Below are positions 31,420 to 41,192 of a stretch of DNA of 64,000 nucleotides, piece after piece (position 1 is the first letter of the stretch; every line of letters begins with the position of its first letter). Source of the stretch: Sulfolobales archaeon HS-7 (GTDB lineage: Archaea; Thermoproteota; Thermoprotei_A; Sulfolobales; Sulfolobaceae). Below the pieces are notes generated by a model, which saw nothing but the letters and a program-made list of their open reading frames with translations, was not told the DNA's origin and did not search any database. Both the position numbers and the translations under genes were made by a program. The stretch is from contig AP024596.1 in NCBI GenBank assembly GCA_019704295.1, forward strand, positions 960,001-1,024,000, given 5' to 3'.

Positions 31420-31787
31420 GATAGTGCCCAACGCGTAATTAATGTGGATAACTAGATAAACTAAAAAGTTATAAAACTCATTAGTCTAGAATTAAATTCG
31501 CTTAATTATGTCGAGAGGGAAAATGTAAAATAAGTTTATTAAGTCCAGTCATAAGTAATCACATATTTCTCGAAAAATGAGGTTAAAGAGAGCTTTTCAG
31601 TGTAATGGGTCAGAGATTAACTGAAGGTACCACCTGATGTCTCAAGGTAGGAAAGCTAACAAAGTGGTATAATTACTCCTTGATTGCTCTCTATTATCGT
31701 CATAAATGACTACTATTAAGTGGGTTATTCCTACATCTTAAAATTTAGTTTTTAAAGTAAATTACATTATTACACATTGAAGACTCA
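31420..31787 (-). mobile_element. TIR-MITE family A, complete reverse copy
   Basis: CTAGAATTAAATTCGCTTAATTA and GGGTTATTCCTACATCTTAAAATTTAGTTTTTAAAGTAAAT are reverse complements of family A blocks. Confidence 0.75.
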
Positions 31788-32123
31788 CTTGAAACCACAT
31801 ACCCCTTCAACGTTTTCCGAAGTTTTAAAGAAACTAGTATTAATAGACGTTGAAATGGGCTTGCTTGAATTAAGAGCCCTATATTACCTTCCGATAAATG
31901 GCAAAGAATTCCCTAAATTTCAGGGTATTCTTTATCCTGGTTTGGAACTTGATGTCGGCTTTCTAGAAAAGTCTGTTAAATGTACTTTGTTTAGCGAAAG
32001 TATAGACCGCCGACACTCTGACATCAGTAAATTATCAGAAAATTACTATTAAATATTTAAATTACTATAAGGTGTTCGCAACTAACTTAATATAACGATC
32101 TTACTTTATCACATTTTAAGGAA

Positions 32124-33200
32124 TCATTCAACAATTCTCCTAAAAAGGAGGTAGAACACTATATTTGATATTAAGTATAGTAAACCTGTTATTAGAAACG
32201 GAAGATATAAATTATCGATGGAAAAGAAAAATCCTCCTATTGTAGGTCCCATACTTCGCGGTATTGAATCAAATAAGCTGACCAAGGACATTCCTCTCCC
32301 CCTTTCATTCTCGGGAATAACTTTCATGAACATGGATGTCCATAAGGGTTGAGTCATGTTCATAAAGACGTTTCGAAACACGTACACTGTGCCAGCAACT
32401 AATGCTGTCGCGGAAAAAGGCATGTAAAAGAGGAGGGCAATTGCAATAAAATGAAATGTAACAATTGTTTTCAAATTCCCCAGATACTTGCCAATGTATG
32501 GCGATATATACGTGCCAACCGCAAGTGTCAAATTAGATACTGCAAAGAAAGGGCTTATCTCATCGATAGGCGCGTGAAATTTCAAACTAAACCATAAAGA
32601 GAGTAAAGGCAATAACATACCAGCCCCTAATCCTGTCAGGGCCTCAACTGAGAACTTCGATACCGTGCCTATAGAACCTATTTTAGGGGTTATCTTTCTG
32701 GTGCCTTTATATGATTCCCTGACCGGGATCAATGAGATTATACTAACAAGTATAGCAATCTCCTCGATAGCGAACACGTTACTAAATTTTAGAAAGGAAG
32801 GAATTAATGCACCAACAAAAGATGCAACTATGGATAGCGAATTCATAAGTCCGAACGTTTTCTCCAGGTTCCCACCTTTCTCCACTAAGAGCACTGAGTT
32901 CATATTACTCCTTGAGAACAGAAGATATCCTAATGGGATTCTCTCTATTAATAATAAGATTCCGAATGCATAAAGTATTCTAGAAATTATTTGAATTTTC
33001 TTTCTACCAAAAGCGTCACCGAAAATTGAAAATAGATACCCTAGGAAAGCCCCTGAAAGAGTCCCTACAGTTAGAATTATTCCTATTAGGAGAACTGGAA
33101 GGCCTAGTTCATGAAAGTATAATGAGACTATAAGAGAATTAGCTCCCCATGTTATTCCAGTAATGGCCGATGAGAAAATAAGTAAGGACTTTTCATTCAT
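32124..33200 (-). CDS. MFS transporter
   Basis: GDAFGRKK motif A, ERGRG, multiple TM helices. Confidence 0.9.
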   Translation of the reverse strand: MNEKSLLIFSSAITGITWGANSLIVSLYFHELGLPVLLIGIILTVGTLSGAFLGYLFSIFGDAFGRKKIQIISRILYAFGILLLIERIPLGYLLFSRSNMNSVLLVEKGGNLEKTFGLMNSLSIVASFVGALIPSFLKFSNVFAIEEIAILVSIISLIPVRESYKGTRKITPKIGSIGTVSKFSVEALTGLGAGMLLPLLSLWFSLKFHAPIDEISPFFAVSNLTLAVGTYISPYIGKYLGNLKTIVTFHFIAIALLFYMPFSATALVAGTVYVFRNVFMNMTQPLWTSMFMKVIPENERGRGMSLVSLFDSIPRSMGPTIGGFFFSIDNLYLPFLITGLLYLISNIVFYLLFRRIVE

Positions 33201-33249
33201 TAATCTTTACAAAAAGGCTGAGCTGATTAAAAACTTATGAAGCTAACTT

Positions 33250-33480
33250 CTAGTTGATAATAAACCAATCCTTTCTTTGCATACGTTTCATTGCCTGATA
33301 TTCATAGGGATACTCATTTCGCAAGTAGTCCTCAGGAAGTTCAACATCTCCAATATCATTATTCTGAATCCTCTTCTTTCCTCTTATTCCTAATAACATA
33401 AACAACACCGCTAATATATAAATTATCTTAGAAATATTTAAACCTTTCCCCCAAATGTACGATATTATGCTAGAAGTCAC
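33250..33480 (-). CDS. Small membrane-anchored hypothetical protein
   Basis: One TM helix followed by a charged tail; start uncertain. Confidence 0.45.
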   Translation of the reverse strand: MTSSIISYIWGKGLNISKIIYILAVLFMLLGIRGKKRIQNNDIGDVELPEDYLRNEYPYEYQAMKRMQRKDWFIIN

Positions 33481-33676
33481 CGAACATAGTGTTATGCTGT
33501 ATTTAAGAGGTAAAAGTCAAATTAAGATCATATCACTAAATGCCCTGATAATATTAGTAGAATTATACTTTATCTTAATAATATTGTTTTAATGAAATCA
33601 AACCCTTAAGAAGATAGTGTGATTCCCTACATTCCATCGTAAATTGGTTTGATCTTTTGCTTATATCATGATAATA

Positions 33677-34294
33677 GTTAACGCTCAAAATAAAACGAGA
33701 ATGACCCTACTAGCTGGGGCGGACTTACAACTTTCTATAAAGGCTATCATCCTGATTGTCCTCTATCAAATCGCATTTCATATTAGGATTGCTGATTGGA
33801 GGGAAGGCCTACCACTCGCTCACTGGACGTCTCGGAAACAGTTGTTAATATGTAATTAATTTTAATAATTAGATAAAAAATTATAAAACATTCCTAGTAA
33901 AGATTAATTCTTTTGATTGCTAAAATTATGAAATCGGCTTATTAATCTCAGTAAGTAGGGAAATTACTTAACCTTTAAGGTTTAGGTCTGACTAACTGAC
34001 GTCTGTGGCTTAATGAGTTCAAAGTTTACTATTCGGTCTAAACCGTGGACATCGTAGGGCTAAGAGGTCAGCGAAGTTACAAGAACTCTTGTAATCACAT
34101 TAAAGTATTATCCCTGGATTGAGCTTATTCCTAATAAGAATTTAGTTTTTAAATTGACGCTTGTTGCGTAATATACAATGTGTTAATAAAGCTCGCTCTT
34201 TCGAGTCCAGTTATTAAAATAACCTGGAAACTCATACTAAGTAGGTTCCGTATTCCCTTGGGCGGGATCATTCAGTTTTCTTAAGCTCATTAAG
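33677..34294 (-). mobile_element. SMN1-like MITE interrupted by a family A MITE
   Basis: Minus strand: left end CTAT|CTTAATGAG...GATCCC at 34294; CCGAGACG...CTCCAATCAGCA and GTAAGTCCGCCCC...GTAGGG align with 55935-56090. Confidence 0.6.
33838..34185 (-). repeat. Family A MITE ends nested in the SMN1-like element
   Basis: AATATGTAATTAATTTTAATAATTAGATAAAAAATTATAAAAC and TTATTCCTAATAAGAATTTAGTTTTTAAA match family A ends; interior highly decayed. Confidence 0.55.
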
Positions 34295-34375
34295 ATAGAC
34301 GGAAAAGTTTCGGTGTGGAGGAAATCCCAACTAATAGCAAGTTAATCTTGATTAAGGGTGATTGTAATATAGATT

Positions 34376-34651
34376 ATGGGATTAAAGATAACTTACGACG
34401 TGATTGGATATAAACTCAGAGTAGTCTATCATACTGATCCTACGTTAGTAAATCGTGAGGGTGAAGTAATCCTAGAAACAGAGAAATTCTTCTTCCTAGC
34501 GGATCAAGGTAAGAATGTTTTCATGATAAGTAAAAATCAGGGGCTATTTGAAATAACCTCTAATAGTTTTAAATTCTCACTTGATGGTAATAGGATGATG
34601 TCTAAACCGAAGAACAGGATAACGAGGAGGAAAACAGTTGAGCTTGAGTAA
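34376..34651 (+). CDS. rnp1: RNase P protein component 1 (Rpp29/POP4)
   Basis: DVIGYKLRVV.HTDPTL..EGEVILETEK; directly upstream of rps17. Confidence 0.85.
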   Translation: MGLKITYDVIGYKLRVVYHTDPTLVNREGEVILETEKFFFLADQGKNVFMISKNQGLFEITSNSFKFSLDGNRMMSKPKNRITRRKTVELE

Positions 34652-34970
34652 AAACGTTGGTATCATCGGGGTAAAACCTCCTGAGAAAGAATGCAAAGAT
34701 GAAAAATGCCCATATCATGGACATCTGAAAGTAAGGGGTATGGTACTTGAGGGGACAGTTTACCGCTATAGGGCAAATAAAGTTGCAACAATTGTTAAGG
34801 AGTATTTAAAGTATAACCCGAAATATAAGAGGTATGAAAGAAGGACAAGTAAAATACATGCGTATGTACCTCAATGTATTGAAATTAAAGAAGGCGATAG
34901 AGTTATAATAGGAGAAAGTAGACCATTAGCGAAATCAGTAGCATTTGTAGTGGTAGGGAGGGTGAGTTAA
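34638..34970 (+). CDS. rps17: 30S ribosomal protein uS17
   Basis: [26 protein letters not shown]. Confidence 0.97.
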   Translation: MSLSKNVGIIGVKPPEKECKDEKCPYHGHLKVRGMVLEGTVYRYRANKVATIVKEYLKYNPKYKRYERRTSKIHAYVPQCIEIKEGDRVIIGESRPLAKSVAFVVVGRVS

Positions 34971-34971
34971 A

Positions 34972-35388
34972 ACGTCAGAAAAAATGAACATGACAGGTCC
35001 CAGGTATAGCTATACGCCTGGGATACAACATATGACGAAAGTGAAAGTAGCAGATAACAGCGGAGCAAGGGAGGGAGTAGTAATTGGAGTTTACGGATAT
35101 AGGGGGCACTTGAGAAGAGTTCCCTTCGCCAACATAGCAGATTTAGTACTCATTTCCATCAGAAAAGGCAGTCCAGAAGTCAGAAAGCAGAAATTCAAGG
35201 CAGTGATAGTGAGGCAAAAAATGCCTTTGAGAAGGAGGGATGGGACTTGGATTTCATTTGAGGACAATGCGGTTGTAGTTGTAAATCCTGACGGTACTCC
35301 TAAAGGAACGGAAATAAGAGGACCGGTAGCGAGAGAATCTATAGAGAGATGGCCAAAACTTGCAGGGCTTGCCACAGTAATTATTTAA
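34972..35388 (+). CDS. rpl14: 50S ribosomal protein uL14 (proposed ACG start)
   Basis: [34 protein letters not shown] lies 6 nt after GGGTGA; the first ATG is at 34984. Confidence 0.95.
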   Translation, partial: TSEKMNMTGPRYSYTPGIQHMTKVKVADNSGAREGVVIGVYGYRGHLRRVPFANIADLVLISIRKGSPEVRKQKFKAVIVRQKMPLRRRDGTWISFEDNAVVVVNPDGTPKGTEIRGPVARESIERWPKLAGLATVII

Positions 35389-35401
35389 GAGGTGATAGAG
35401 A

Positions 35402-35791
35402 ATAACCTCTCTAAAACCTGCTAAACAGAGGCTAGCTTTATACAATGTACCTTTACATAGGGCAAATAGATTTCTAACTGCTAAGTTGTCAAGTGAGCTC
35501 GCCGAAAAATATGGAATTAACCGACTTCCAGTAAGGAAAGGAGATACGGTGATGATCTTAAGAGGCGACTTTAGGGGCTCCGAGGGAAAAGTAACTGAAG
35601 TTTTTCCGAAAAAAGGAAGGATTTACATAGAGAACGTAACGATAAAGAAAGTAGATGGTACACCAAAATATGTACCTATACATGCATCGAAGGTAAATAT
35701 AACTAAATTAGATGTAACTGACGATTGGAGAACTAAAGTAATAGAAAGGAAAAAATCTGGAGGTAGGAGGGAAGTAGAAAATGCCAGGTAA
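35402..35791 (+). CDS. rpl24: 50S ribosomal protein uL24 (proposed ATA start)
   Basis: In-frame TSLKPAKQRLALYNVPLH upstream of the track TTG; PVRKGDTV, PIHASKV; in-frame TAG at 35396. Confidence 0.95.
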   Translation: MTSLKPAKQRLALYNVPLHRANRFLTAKLSSELAEKYGINRLPVRKGDTVMILRGDFRGSEGKVTEVFPKKGRIYIENVTIKKVDGTPKYVPIHASKVNITKLDVTDDWRTKVIERKKSGGRREVENAR

Positions 35792-36506
35792 AAAACACGC
35801 GACTAGGTTTGATTCTCCCTGGTTTATAAACTATTCGAAGAAGGAATTCAAGTGGGCAGTAAGATCTTCTCCAGGAACACACAAGAAGACGAAATCTATA
35901 CCGCTAGCCTTTTTCCTTAGAGATTATTTAAAGCTAGCCACAAATCTACGCGAAGCTAAGAAAATTATAGGCAGTCGTTCTATATTAGTTGACGGTAGAG
36001 CTATTGCCAATTATAAGTTTCCATTAGGATTATTCGATAATATATCGTTTCCTAAACAAGACTTACATTATAGAATATACCCAGATAAAATAAGATTTTT
36101 AAGAGTTGAACAGATAAATGCGGAGGAATCTGTAATAAAGTACCTTAAACTGATCAACAAAACTGTTACTGTAGGGGGGAATGTGCAGCTTAACTTCGAT
36201 AATGGATACAACTTACAAGTAAAAAGAGAGGACGAGTTGAGTAAGATTAAGACATTAAGCACAATTAAATATGATTTATCCTCTAAAAAAATAATAGACT
36301 ACTATCCTTTAGAAGAGAATGTACAGGCAATAATTACAGGAGGAAAGAACGTAGGGTTTCAGGGAACTATTGAATCGATAAAAAGGGCCCAATATAAAAC
36401 AAAGAAATATTCAATTGTAACACTGAAAAATAAGGAAGGGACTGCTCAAACTAATATAAACAACATAATGGTATTAGGAGGAAAAGTAAAGGAGGAGGAA
36501 ACATGA
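35781..36506 (+). CDS. rps4e: 30S ribosomal protein eS4
   Basis: SPGTH...SIPL, LREAKKI, VDGR...[15 protein letters not shown]. Confidence 0.96.
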   Translation: MPGKKHATRFDSPWFINYSKKEFKWAVRSSPGTHKKTKSIPLAFFLRDYLKLATNLREAKKIIGSRSILVDGRAIANYKFPLGLFDNISFPKQDLHYRIYPDKIRFLRVEQINAEESVIKYLKLINKTVTVGGNVQLNFDNGYNLQVKREDELSKIKTLSTIKYDLSSKKIIDYYPLEENVQAIITGGKNVGFQGTIESIKRAQYKTKKYSIVTLKNKEGTAQTNINNIMVLGGKVKEEET

Positions 36507-37048
36507 CAGAAGAACAGACCTTTGCTCAGCGGAAAAAAAACCCAATGAGAAGAGTACTCTTGGATAAGGTGACAGTAAATATAGGGGTGGGTGAAACTAG
36601 CGAAAAATTACAAAAAGCTTACATGTTGTTACAGGAAATTACGGGTTCAAAGCCGGTTTATACTAAAGCAAAGAAAACTATACGGGACTTCGGTGTGAGA
36701 AAAGGTACCAATATCGGAGTAAAGGTAACTCTTAGGGGAGAAAAAGCGGTCGAATTCTTGAGAAAGGCGTTAGAAGCAATAGGATACCGTCTTAAGGAAA
36801 ATAGCTTCGATAATTATGGTAACGTAGGATTCGGGATAATTGAACATGTTTCAATTCCAGGTACCAGGTACGATCCGGAGGTAGGAATGTTCGGAATGGA
36901 TGTAATTATCACACTTGCCAGACCAGGTTATAGGGTAAGTAGTAGAAGAAGAAATAGGTCTCGAGTTCCAAGGAGACATAAGGTTTCCAAAGAAGAGGCA
37001 ATAGAATTTTTAAGAGAGGAATTCGGTGTAACGATAGTTTCTGGGTGA
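36503..37048 (+). CDS. rpl5: 50S ribosomal protein uL5
   Basis: [31 protein letters not shown]. Confidence 0.97.
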   Translation: MTEEQTFAQRKKNPMRRVLLDKVTVNIGVGETSEKLQKAYMLLQEITGSKPVYTKAKKTIRDFGVRKGTNIGVKVTLRGEKAVEFLRKALEAIGYRLKENSFDNYGNVGFGIIEHVSIPGTRYDPEVGMFGMDVIITLARPGYRVSSRRRNRSRVPRRHKVSKEEAIEFLREEFGVTIVSG

Positions 37049-37055
37049 ATACGAT

Positions 37056-37220
37056 TTGGGAAAATATCGACCACCAAAAGAGAGAAAACATGGAAGAGGA
37101 GTACAAACGTGTCAGAGATGTGGAAGTTCCGATGGAGTTATTCAGAAATACGGCTTATATCTATGCAGGCAATGTTTTAGAGAAATCGCATATCCACTTG
37201 GGTTTAAAAGGCAGAGGTGA
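37056..37220 (+). CDS. rps14: 30S ribosomal protein uS14 (Zn-binding); absent from the ORF track
   Basis: Manual translation from TTG: [54 protein letters not shown]. Confidence 0.96.
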   Translation: MGKYRPPKERKHGRGVQTCQRCGSSDGVIQKYGLYLCRQCFREIAYPLGFKRQR

Positions 37221-37228
37221 AAGCCAGC

Positions 37229-37630
37229 ATGGTAGTAATTAATCCTGTGGCTAATCTCTTCGCTTCATTATACAATAACGAGATAAGAAGGAATAAATCT
37301 TCACTTGTTGCCCCGTCATCTAAATTACTTATAAATATCCTTAGGACTCTCCAGAAGGAAGGTTATGTAGGGGAATTTGAAGTAATAGATGATGGGCGAT
37401 TTGGAAAATTAAATGTTCAACTTCTGGGTAGAATAAATAAATGTGGGCCGATAACGCCGAGATTCCCTCTGAAATATAGGGAAATGATTGATTTACCCCC
37501 TCACATAAAGAAATTCCTTCCTTCAAAGGAACTTGGAATAATAATAGTCTCAACCCCAAAGGGCGTCATGTCCCACAAGGACGCTGCAAAGGAGAGAATC
37601 GGTGGCATAGCTTTAGGATATGTATACTAG
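37229..37630 (+). CDS. rps8: 30S ribosomal protein uS8
   Basis: [29 protein letters not shown]; ATG 37229 follows a GAGGTGA SD. Confidence 0.97.
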   Translation: MVVINPVANLFASLYNNEIRRNKSSLVAPSSKLLINILRTLQKEGYVGEFEVIDDGRFGKLNVQLLGRINKCGPITPRFPLKYREMIDLPPHIKKFLPSKELGIIIVSTPKGVMSHKDAAKERIGGIALGYVY

Positions 37631-38188
37631 GTGATGGTAGTGTTTAGGGCAATTTACATTAAAGAAGAAATTGTAATTCCAACAGACGTAAGTGTAGATG
37701 TGAGTAATAATAAGGTTATAGTCAAAGGAAAGAAGGGAATGATCGATAGGGATTTTTCTCATATGAAAGGAATAATTATTAATAAAGACAACAATAAGAT
37801 TACTATTGAAAGTACTTTTCTAGATAAGGAGAAGAAGGCCAAACTCTATTCCATTATACGTCATATAGAGAATATGTTTACTGGTGTTACCAAGGGGTAT
37901 AAATATTCGCTAAAGGTAGTGTACTCACATTTCCCTATATCTATAAAGCTAGTGGGAGATACCTTACAAGTAACTAATCTAATAGGAGAAAAAAACATAA
38001 GAAAACTGAAGATTCCTAAAGATATTAAAGTTAGTATAAAGGGAGAAGATATAGTAGTTGAGGGTATAGACAAGGAAAAAGTTGGTCAAGTAGCGACGAA
38101 TATAGAGAGGATGACAAGAATTAGGGACTTCGATAGGAGAGTCTTTATGGATGGGATTTTTATATACGGTAAAGAGGTGGGAGATTGA
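37631..38188 (+). CDS. rpl6: 50S ribosomal protein uL6
   Basis: HIENMFTGVTKG, YSHFPI, DRRVFMDGIFI; the true start may be GTG 37640. Confidence 0.96.
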   Translation: MMVVFRAIYIKEEIVIPTDVSVDVSNNKVIVKGKKGMIDRDFSHMKGIIINKDNNKITIESTFLDKEKKAKLYSIIRHIENMFTGVTKGYKYSLKVVYSHFPISIKLVGDTLQVTNLIGEKNIRKLKIPKDIKVSIKGEDIVVEGIDKEKVGQVATNIERMTRIRDFDRRVFMDGIFIYGKEVGD

Positions 38189-38556
38189 ATAATAAAATAA
38201 AAAAAATGAGAAAAAGAATGAGTTTAAAAAGAAAGTTCCTGAGATATAAGTGGCAACGATACTTTAAACTAGAAAGGCAAGGAACCTGGAGAAGAGCAAG
38301 AGGAATAGACAACAAAATAAGGATGAAGAAGAAGGGATGGCCTATGCGACCTACTACAGGTCTTCGTACGATGGTGATGATAAGGGGATATCATCCTTCA
38401 GGCGTTAAATATATTGTCGTAAATAATGAAAAGCAGCTAAAAAAAGCCAAGGAGTTGGGACTTGCAGTATACATTTCATCAAGGATAGGGCTTAACAAAA
38501 AATTAAAGTTAACAAAACTAAGCAATGACCTTGGTATTGAAGTTCTAAACGGGTGA
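38185..38556 (+). CDS. rpl32e: 50S ribosomal protein eL32
   Basis: FLRY, WRRARGIDNKIR, RGYHPSG. Confidence 0.95.
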   Translation: MNNKIKKMRKRMSLKRKFLRYKWQRYFKLERQGTWRRARGIDNKIRMKKKGWPMRPTTGLRTMVMIRGYHPSGVKYIVVNNEKQLKKAKELGLAVYISSRIGLNKKLKLTKLSNDLGIEVLNG

Positions 38557-38560
38557 GAAT

Positions 38561-39019
38561 GTGACAACAGTAAATATCAGAAAAAGGCTTGCTGCGGAAA
38601 TAAAAGGTGTGGGTATAAAGAGAGTAAGGATACCCCCTCAAAATATAGATGAAATAGAGGAGGCATTGACTAGAGAGGACGTAAGAAAGCTCATAGAGGA
38701 CGGAAAAATTATCATTCTTCAAAAGCGAGGACCGAGCAGGAAGAGACACATAGAAAGGGCAAGGAAAAGGAGAGTAAAGAGCGAAAGGCGAGGGCCAGGT
38801 AGTAGAAAAGGAAATAAAAAGACCAGGAGGGAATTAGAGAAAGTTTGGGTTATGAGAGTTAGAAAAATGAGAAAATATCTAAGATATCTGAGGGATAACA
38901 ATCTAATAGAAAGGCGTATATATAGAATATATTACAGAAAGGTAAAGGGCGGTAATTTCAAAAGTCTGACAGAACTGAGAAATTCTCTAATTCAATCTAA
39001 TTATCTAAAAGGTGAGTAG
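38561..39019 (+). CDS. rpl19e: 50S ribosomal protein eL19
   Basis: KRLAAEI, TREDVRKLI, RRGPGSRKG, YRKVKGGNF. Confidence 0.96.
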   Translation: MTTVNIRKRLAAEIKGVGIKRVRIPPQNIDEIEEALTREDVRKLIEDGKIIILQKRGPSRKRHIERARKRRVKSERRGPGSRKGNKKTRRELEKVWVMRVRKMRKYLRYLRDNNLIERRIYRIYYRKVKGGNFKSLTELRNSLIQSNYLKGE

Positions 39020-39020
39020 G

Positions 39021-39605
39021 TTGGTTCAAGGAGCCAGATATAAAGTAAGGTTTAGAAGGAGACGTGAAGGAAAGACGGATTATCATAGGAGGTATACTTA
39101 TGTATTGTCTAAGGTGACAAGGATTGTAATAAGAAGAACAAACAAATATATTTACGCACGAGTAATGACGTTTAATCCTAAAGGGGACGAGGTTGTAGTT
39201 AGCTCGTCTTCAATAGAACTTAAGAAGAAATATCAATGGAAGGGGGATGGAAAGAACTTATCTGCATGTTATCTTACAGGCTACTTACTTGGAAAAAAAG
39301 CTGAGAAGTTAAACATTGAAAAACTAGTCGTCGATTTGGGACCGTTTAAGGTGAGAGAAGGAGGTCGTATTTACGCAGTTATAAAGGGGATTCAGGACGC
39401 AGGTTTGAAGTTTGCTTTTGGGGATGTGGAGATTGACATGAATAGAATAAGAGGAGAACATATAGCGCAATATGCGAAGACTCTAAAGGAGACGCAGCCT
39501 GAAAAGTACCAACAGTTATTCTCAAAATACTTGAAGGAAGGATTAAATCCAGAGGAACTCACTGAACATTTTGACCAAATCTTCAGTAAAATAAGAGGGG
39601 AGTGA
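39021..39605 (+). CDS. rpl18: 50S ribosomal protein uL18
   Basis: RRRREGKTDYHRR, NLSACYLTGYLLG, RIRGEHI; TTG 39021 follows a GGTGA SD (track start 39012). Confidence 0.96.
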   Translation: MVQGARYKVRFRRRREGKTDYHRRYTYVLSKVTRIVIRRTNKYIYARVMTFNPKGDEVVVSSSSIELKKKYQWKGDGKNLSACYLTGYLLGKKAEKLNIEKLVVDLGPFKVREGGRIYAVIKGIQDAGLKFAFGDVEIDMNRIRGEHIAQYAKTLKETQPEKYQQLFSKYLKEGLNPEELTEHFDQIFSKIRGE

Positions 39606-39609
39606 AATA

Positions 39610-40251
39610 ATGGAGGAAGTAAAACCTGTCAATCTGGAGGAATGGAAACCAAGAACTAGATTAGGAAATCTAGTTAAGGAGGGAAAAATAACCTCAATTA
39701 AGGAGATATTTGAGAGAAATGAACCTATACTCGAACCTGAAATAGTGGATGCCCTTCTTCCTAAATTAAAGTACGAAATAATTGATATTAAAATAGTGCA
39801 AAAGCAAACTGACGCAGGGGAGATATCCAAGTATAAAGTAATGTTGATAATGGGGAATAATGATGGCTACGTCGGAATAGGACTGGGTAAAGCTAGACAG
39901 CTTAGAGTCGCAATTCAAAAAGCGATAACTGACGGAAAATTACATATAATCCCTATAAGGAGAGGATGTGGAAGTTGGGAGTGCAGTTGCGGAGAGCCAC
40001 ATAGTATTCCGTTTAGGGTAACGGGAAAAGCGGGTAGTGTTGAGGTGGACTTGCTTCCAGCACCGAAGGGGACGGGAAATGCGGTAGGTTCTGTATTGAA
40101 GACACTAATGCAGTATGCGGGAATAAAAGATGTATGGTCTACAAGTAAAGGAGAGACGAGAACGACAGAGAACTTCGTAAAGGCTGGATTCAATGCTTTA
40201 TATAACACCACGAAGTTTCTTACAACCACAGATTGGGCGAGGAAGAGGTAA
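39610..40251 (+). CDS. rps5: 30S ribosomal protein uS5
   Basis: WKPRTRLG, QKQTDAG, RRGCGSWEC, PAPKGTG. Confidence 0.97.
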   Translation: MEEVKPVNLEEWKPRTRLGNLVKEGKITSIKEIFERNEPILEPEIVDALLPKLKYEIIDIKIVQKQTDAGEISKYKVMLIMGNNDGYVGIGLGKARQLRVAIQKAITDGKLHIIPIRRGCGSWECSCGEPHSIPFRVTGKAGSVEVDLLPAPKGTGNAVGSVLKTLMQYAGIKDVWSTSKGETRTTENFVKAGFNALYNTTKFLTTTDWARKR

Positions 40252-40257
40252 GGGTTA

Positions 40258-40725
40258 ATGGTATTAATTGCCACGATTAGGGTTAGGGGCACAGTTGGAA
40301 TACCTCACGATATCGAAAATACGTTAATTAGACTCCGATTACTAAGGAAGTATTCGGCCATGGTATATCCGGATAAGAAGGAAATAATGGGTATGATAAA
40401 ATACGTATCTGGATACATTACGTGGGGTGAGGTCAATGAGGAAGCTCTATCGAAGTTACTTTTGAGAGCGAGAATGAAAGACAATAGCAGATTCAATGCA
40501 GAGTCGTTACAAAAAGTATTAGGAATGTCTCATGAAGAGCTTATTGATAACTTAATTCAAGGAAAGGTATACCTTCATAAACTAAATAACGCATTTCGTC
40601 TACCAATAGGACTTAGGCCGCCAAAATACGGTTTCAGCGGTAAAATTAACATTCCGTTTAATGCTGGAGGAGAGACAGGATATCGCGGTAATGCAATAAA
40701 TGATTTAATCCTATCAATGACATAA
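40258..40725 (+). CDS. rpl30: 50S ribosomal protein uL30
   Basis: IRVRG, YITWGE, LRPPKYGF, GETGYRG. Confidence 0.95.
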   Translation: MVLIATIRVRGTVGIPHDIENTLIRLRLLRKYSAMVYPDKKEIMGMIKYVSGYITWGEVNEEALSKLLLRARMKDNSRFNAESLQKVLGMSHEELIDNLIQGKVYLHKLNNAFRLPIGLRPPKYGFSGKINIPFNAGGETGYRGNAINDLILSMT

Positions 40726-40740
40726 TGGAGGGGGGAAATT

Positions 40741-41166
40741 ATGGTAGTCAGACACGAGAAGAGGAGTAGGAAGTTAAGGGGAAGTAGAAGGATGGGCTGG
40801 GGATTGCAGAAACAACACAGGAACAGAGGAAAAAGAGGCGGAAGACAGATAGGTATGGACAAAGAGAAATTTTCGTGGACGGTTAAATATGCTATGAACT
40901 GGTATGGAAAAAGAGGATTTGTAAATCCAACAACTAAGGTGGAAAACGCAGTATCATTAAGAAATGTAATTCAAATGATTCTTAGCGGAAAACTCTCTCC
41001 GGAGACTGAGAAAAACGAGAAAGTATATGATCTAATAAAGTCTGGATATGACAAATTACTCGGAGGGGGAAGTCCTCCTTTTCCCATAGTTGTGAAAACG
41101 AAGAAAATAACGGAAAAAGCAAAGAGGGCAATTGAAGAGAAAGGTGGAAAAGTTATTTTATCCTAA
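40741..41166 (+). CDS. rpl15: 50S ribosomal protein uL15
   Basis: SRKLRGSRRMGWG, GKRGG, YGKRGF, KLLGGG. Confidence 0.96.
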   Translation: MVVRHEKRSRKLRGSRRMGWGLQKQHRNRGKRGGRQIGMDKEKFSWTVKYAMNWYGKRGFVNPTTKVENAVSLRNVIQMILSGKLSPETEKNEKVYDLIKSGYDKLLGGGSPPFPIVVKTKKITEKAKRAIEEKGGKVILS

Positions 41167-41192
41167 TTAACTGCTTTTTATGTAGGATATAA

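Noticed and set aside
31777-32052. 91-aa ORF
   Set aside because: Starts inside a MITE end and has no recognisable motif
37045-37242. 65-aa ORF from the track (MNTIWENID...)
   Set aside because: Wrong frame; the real gene is rps14 at 37056-37220
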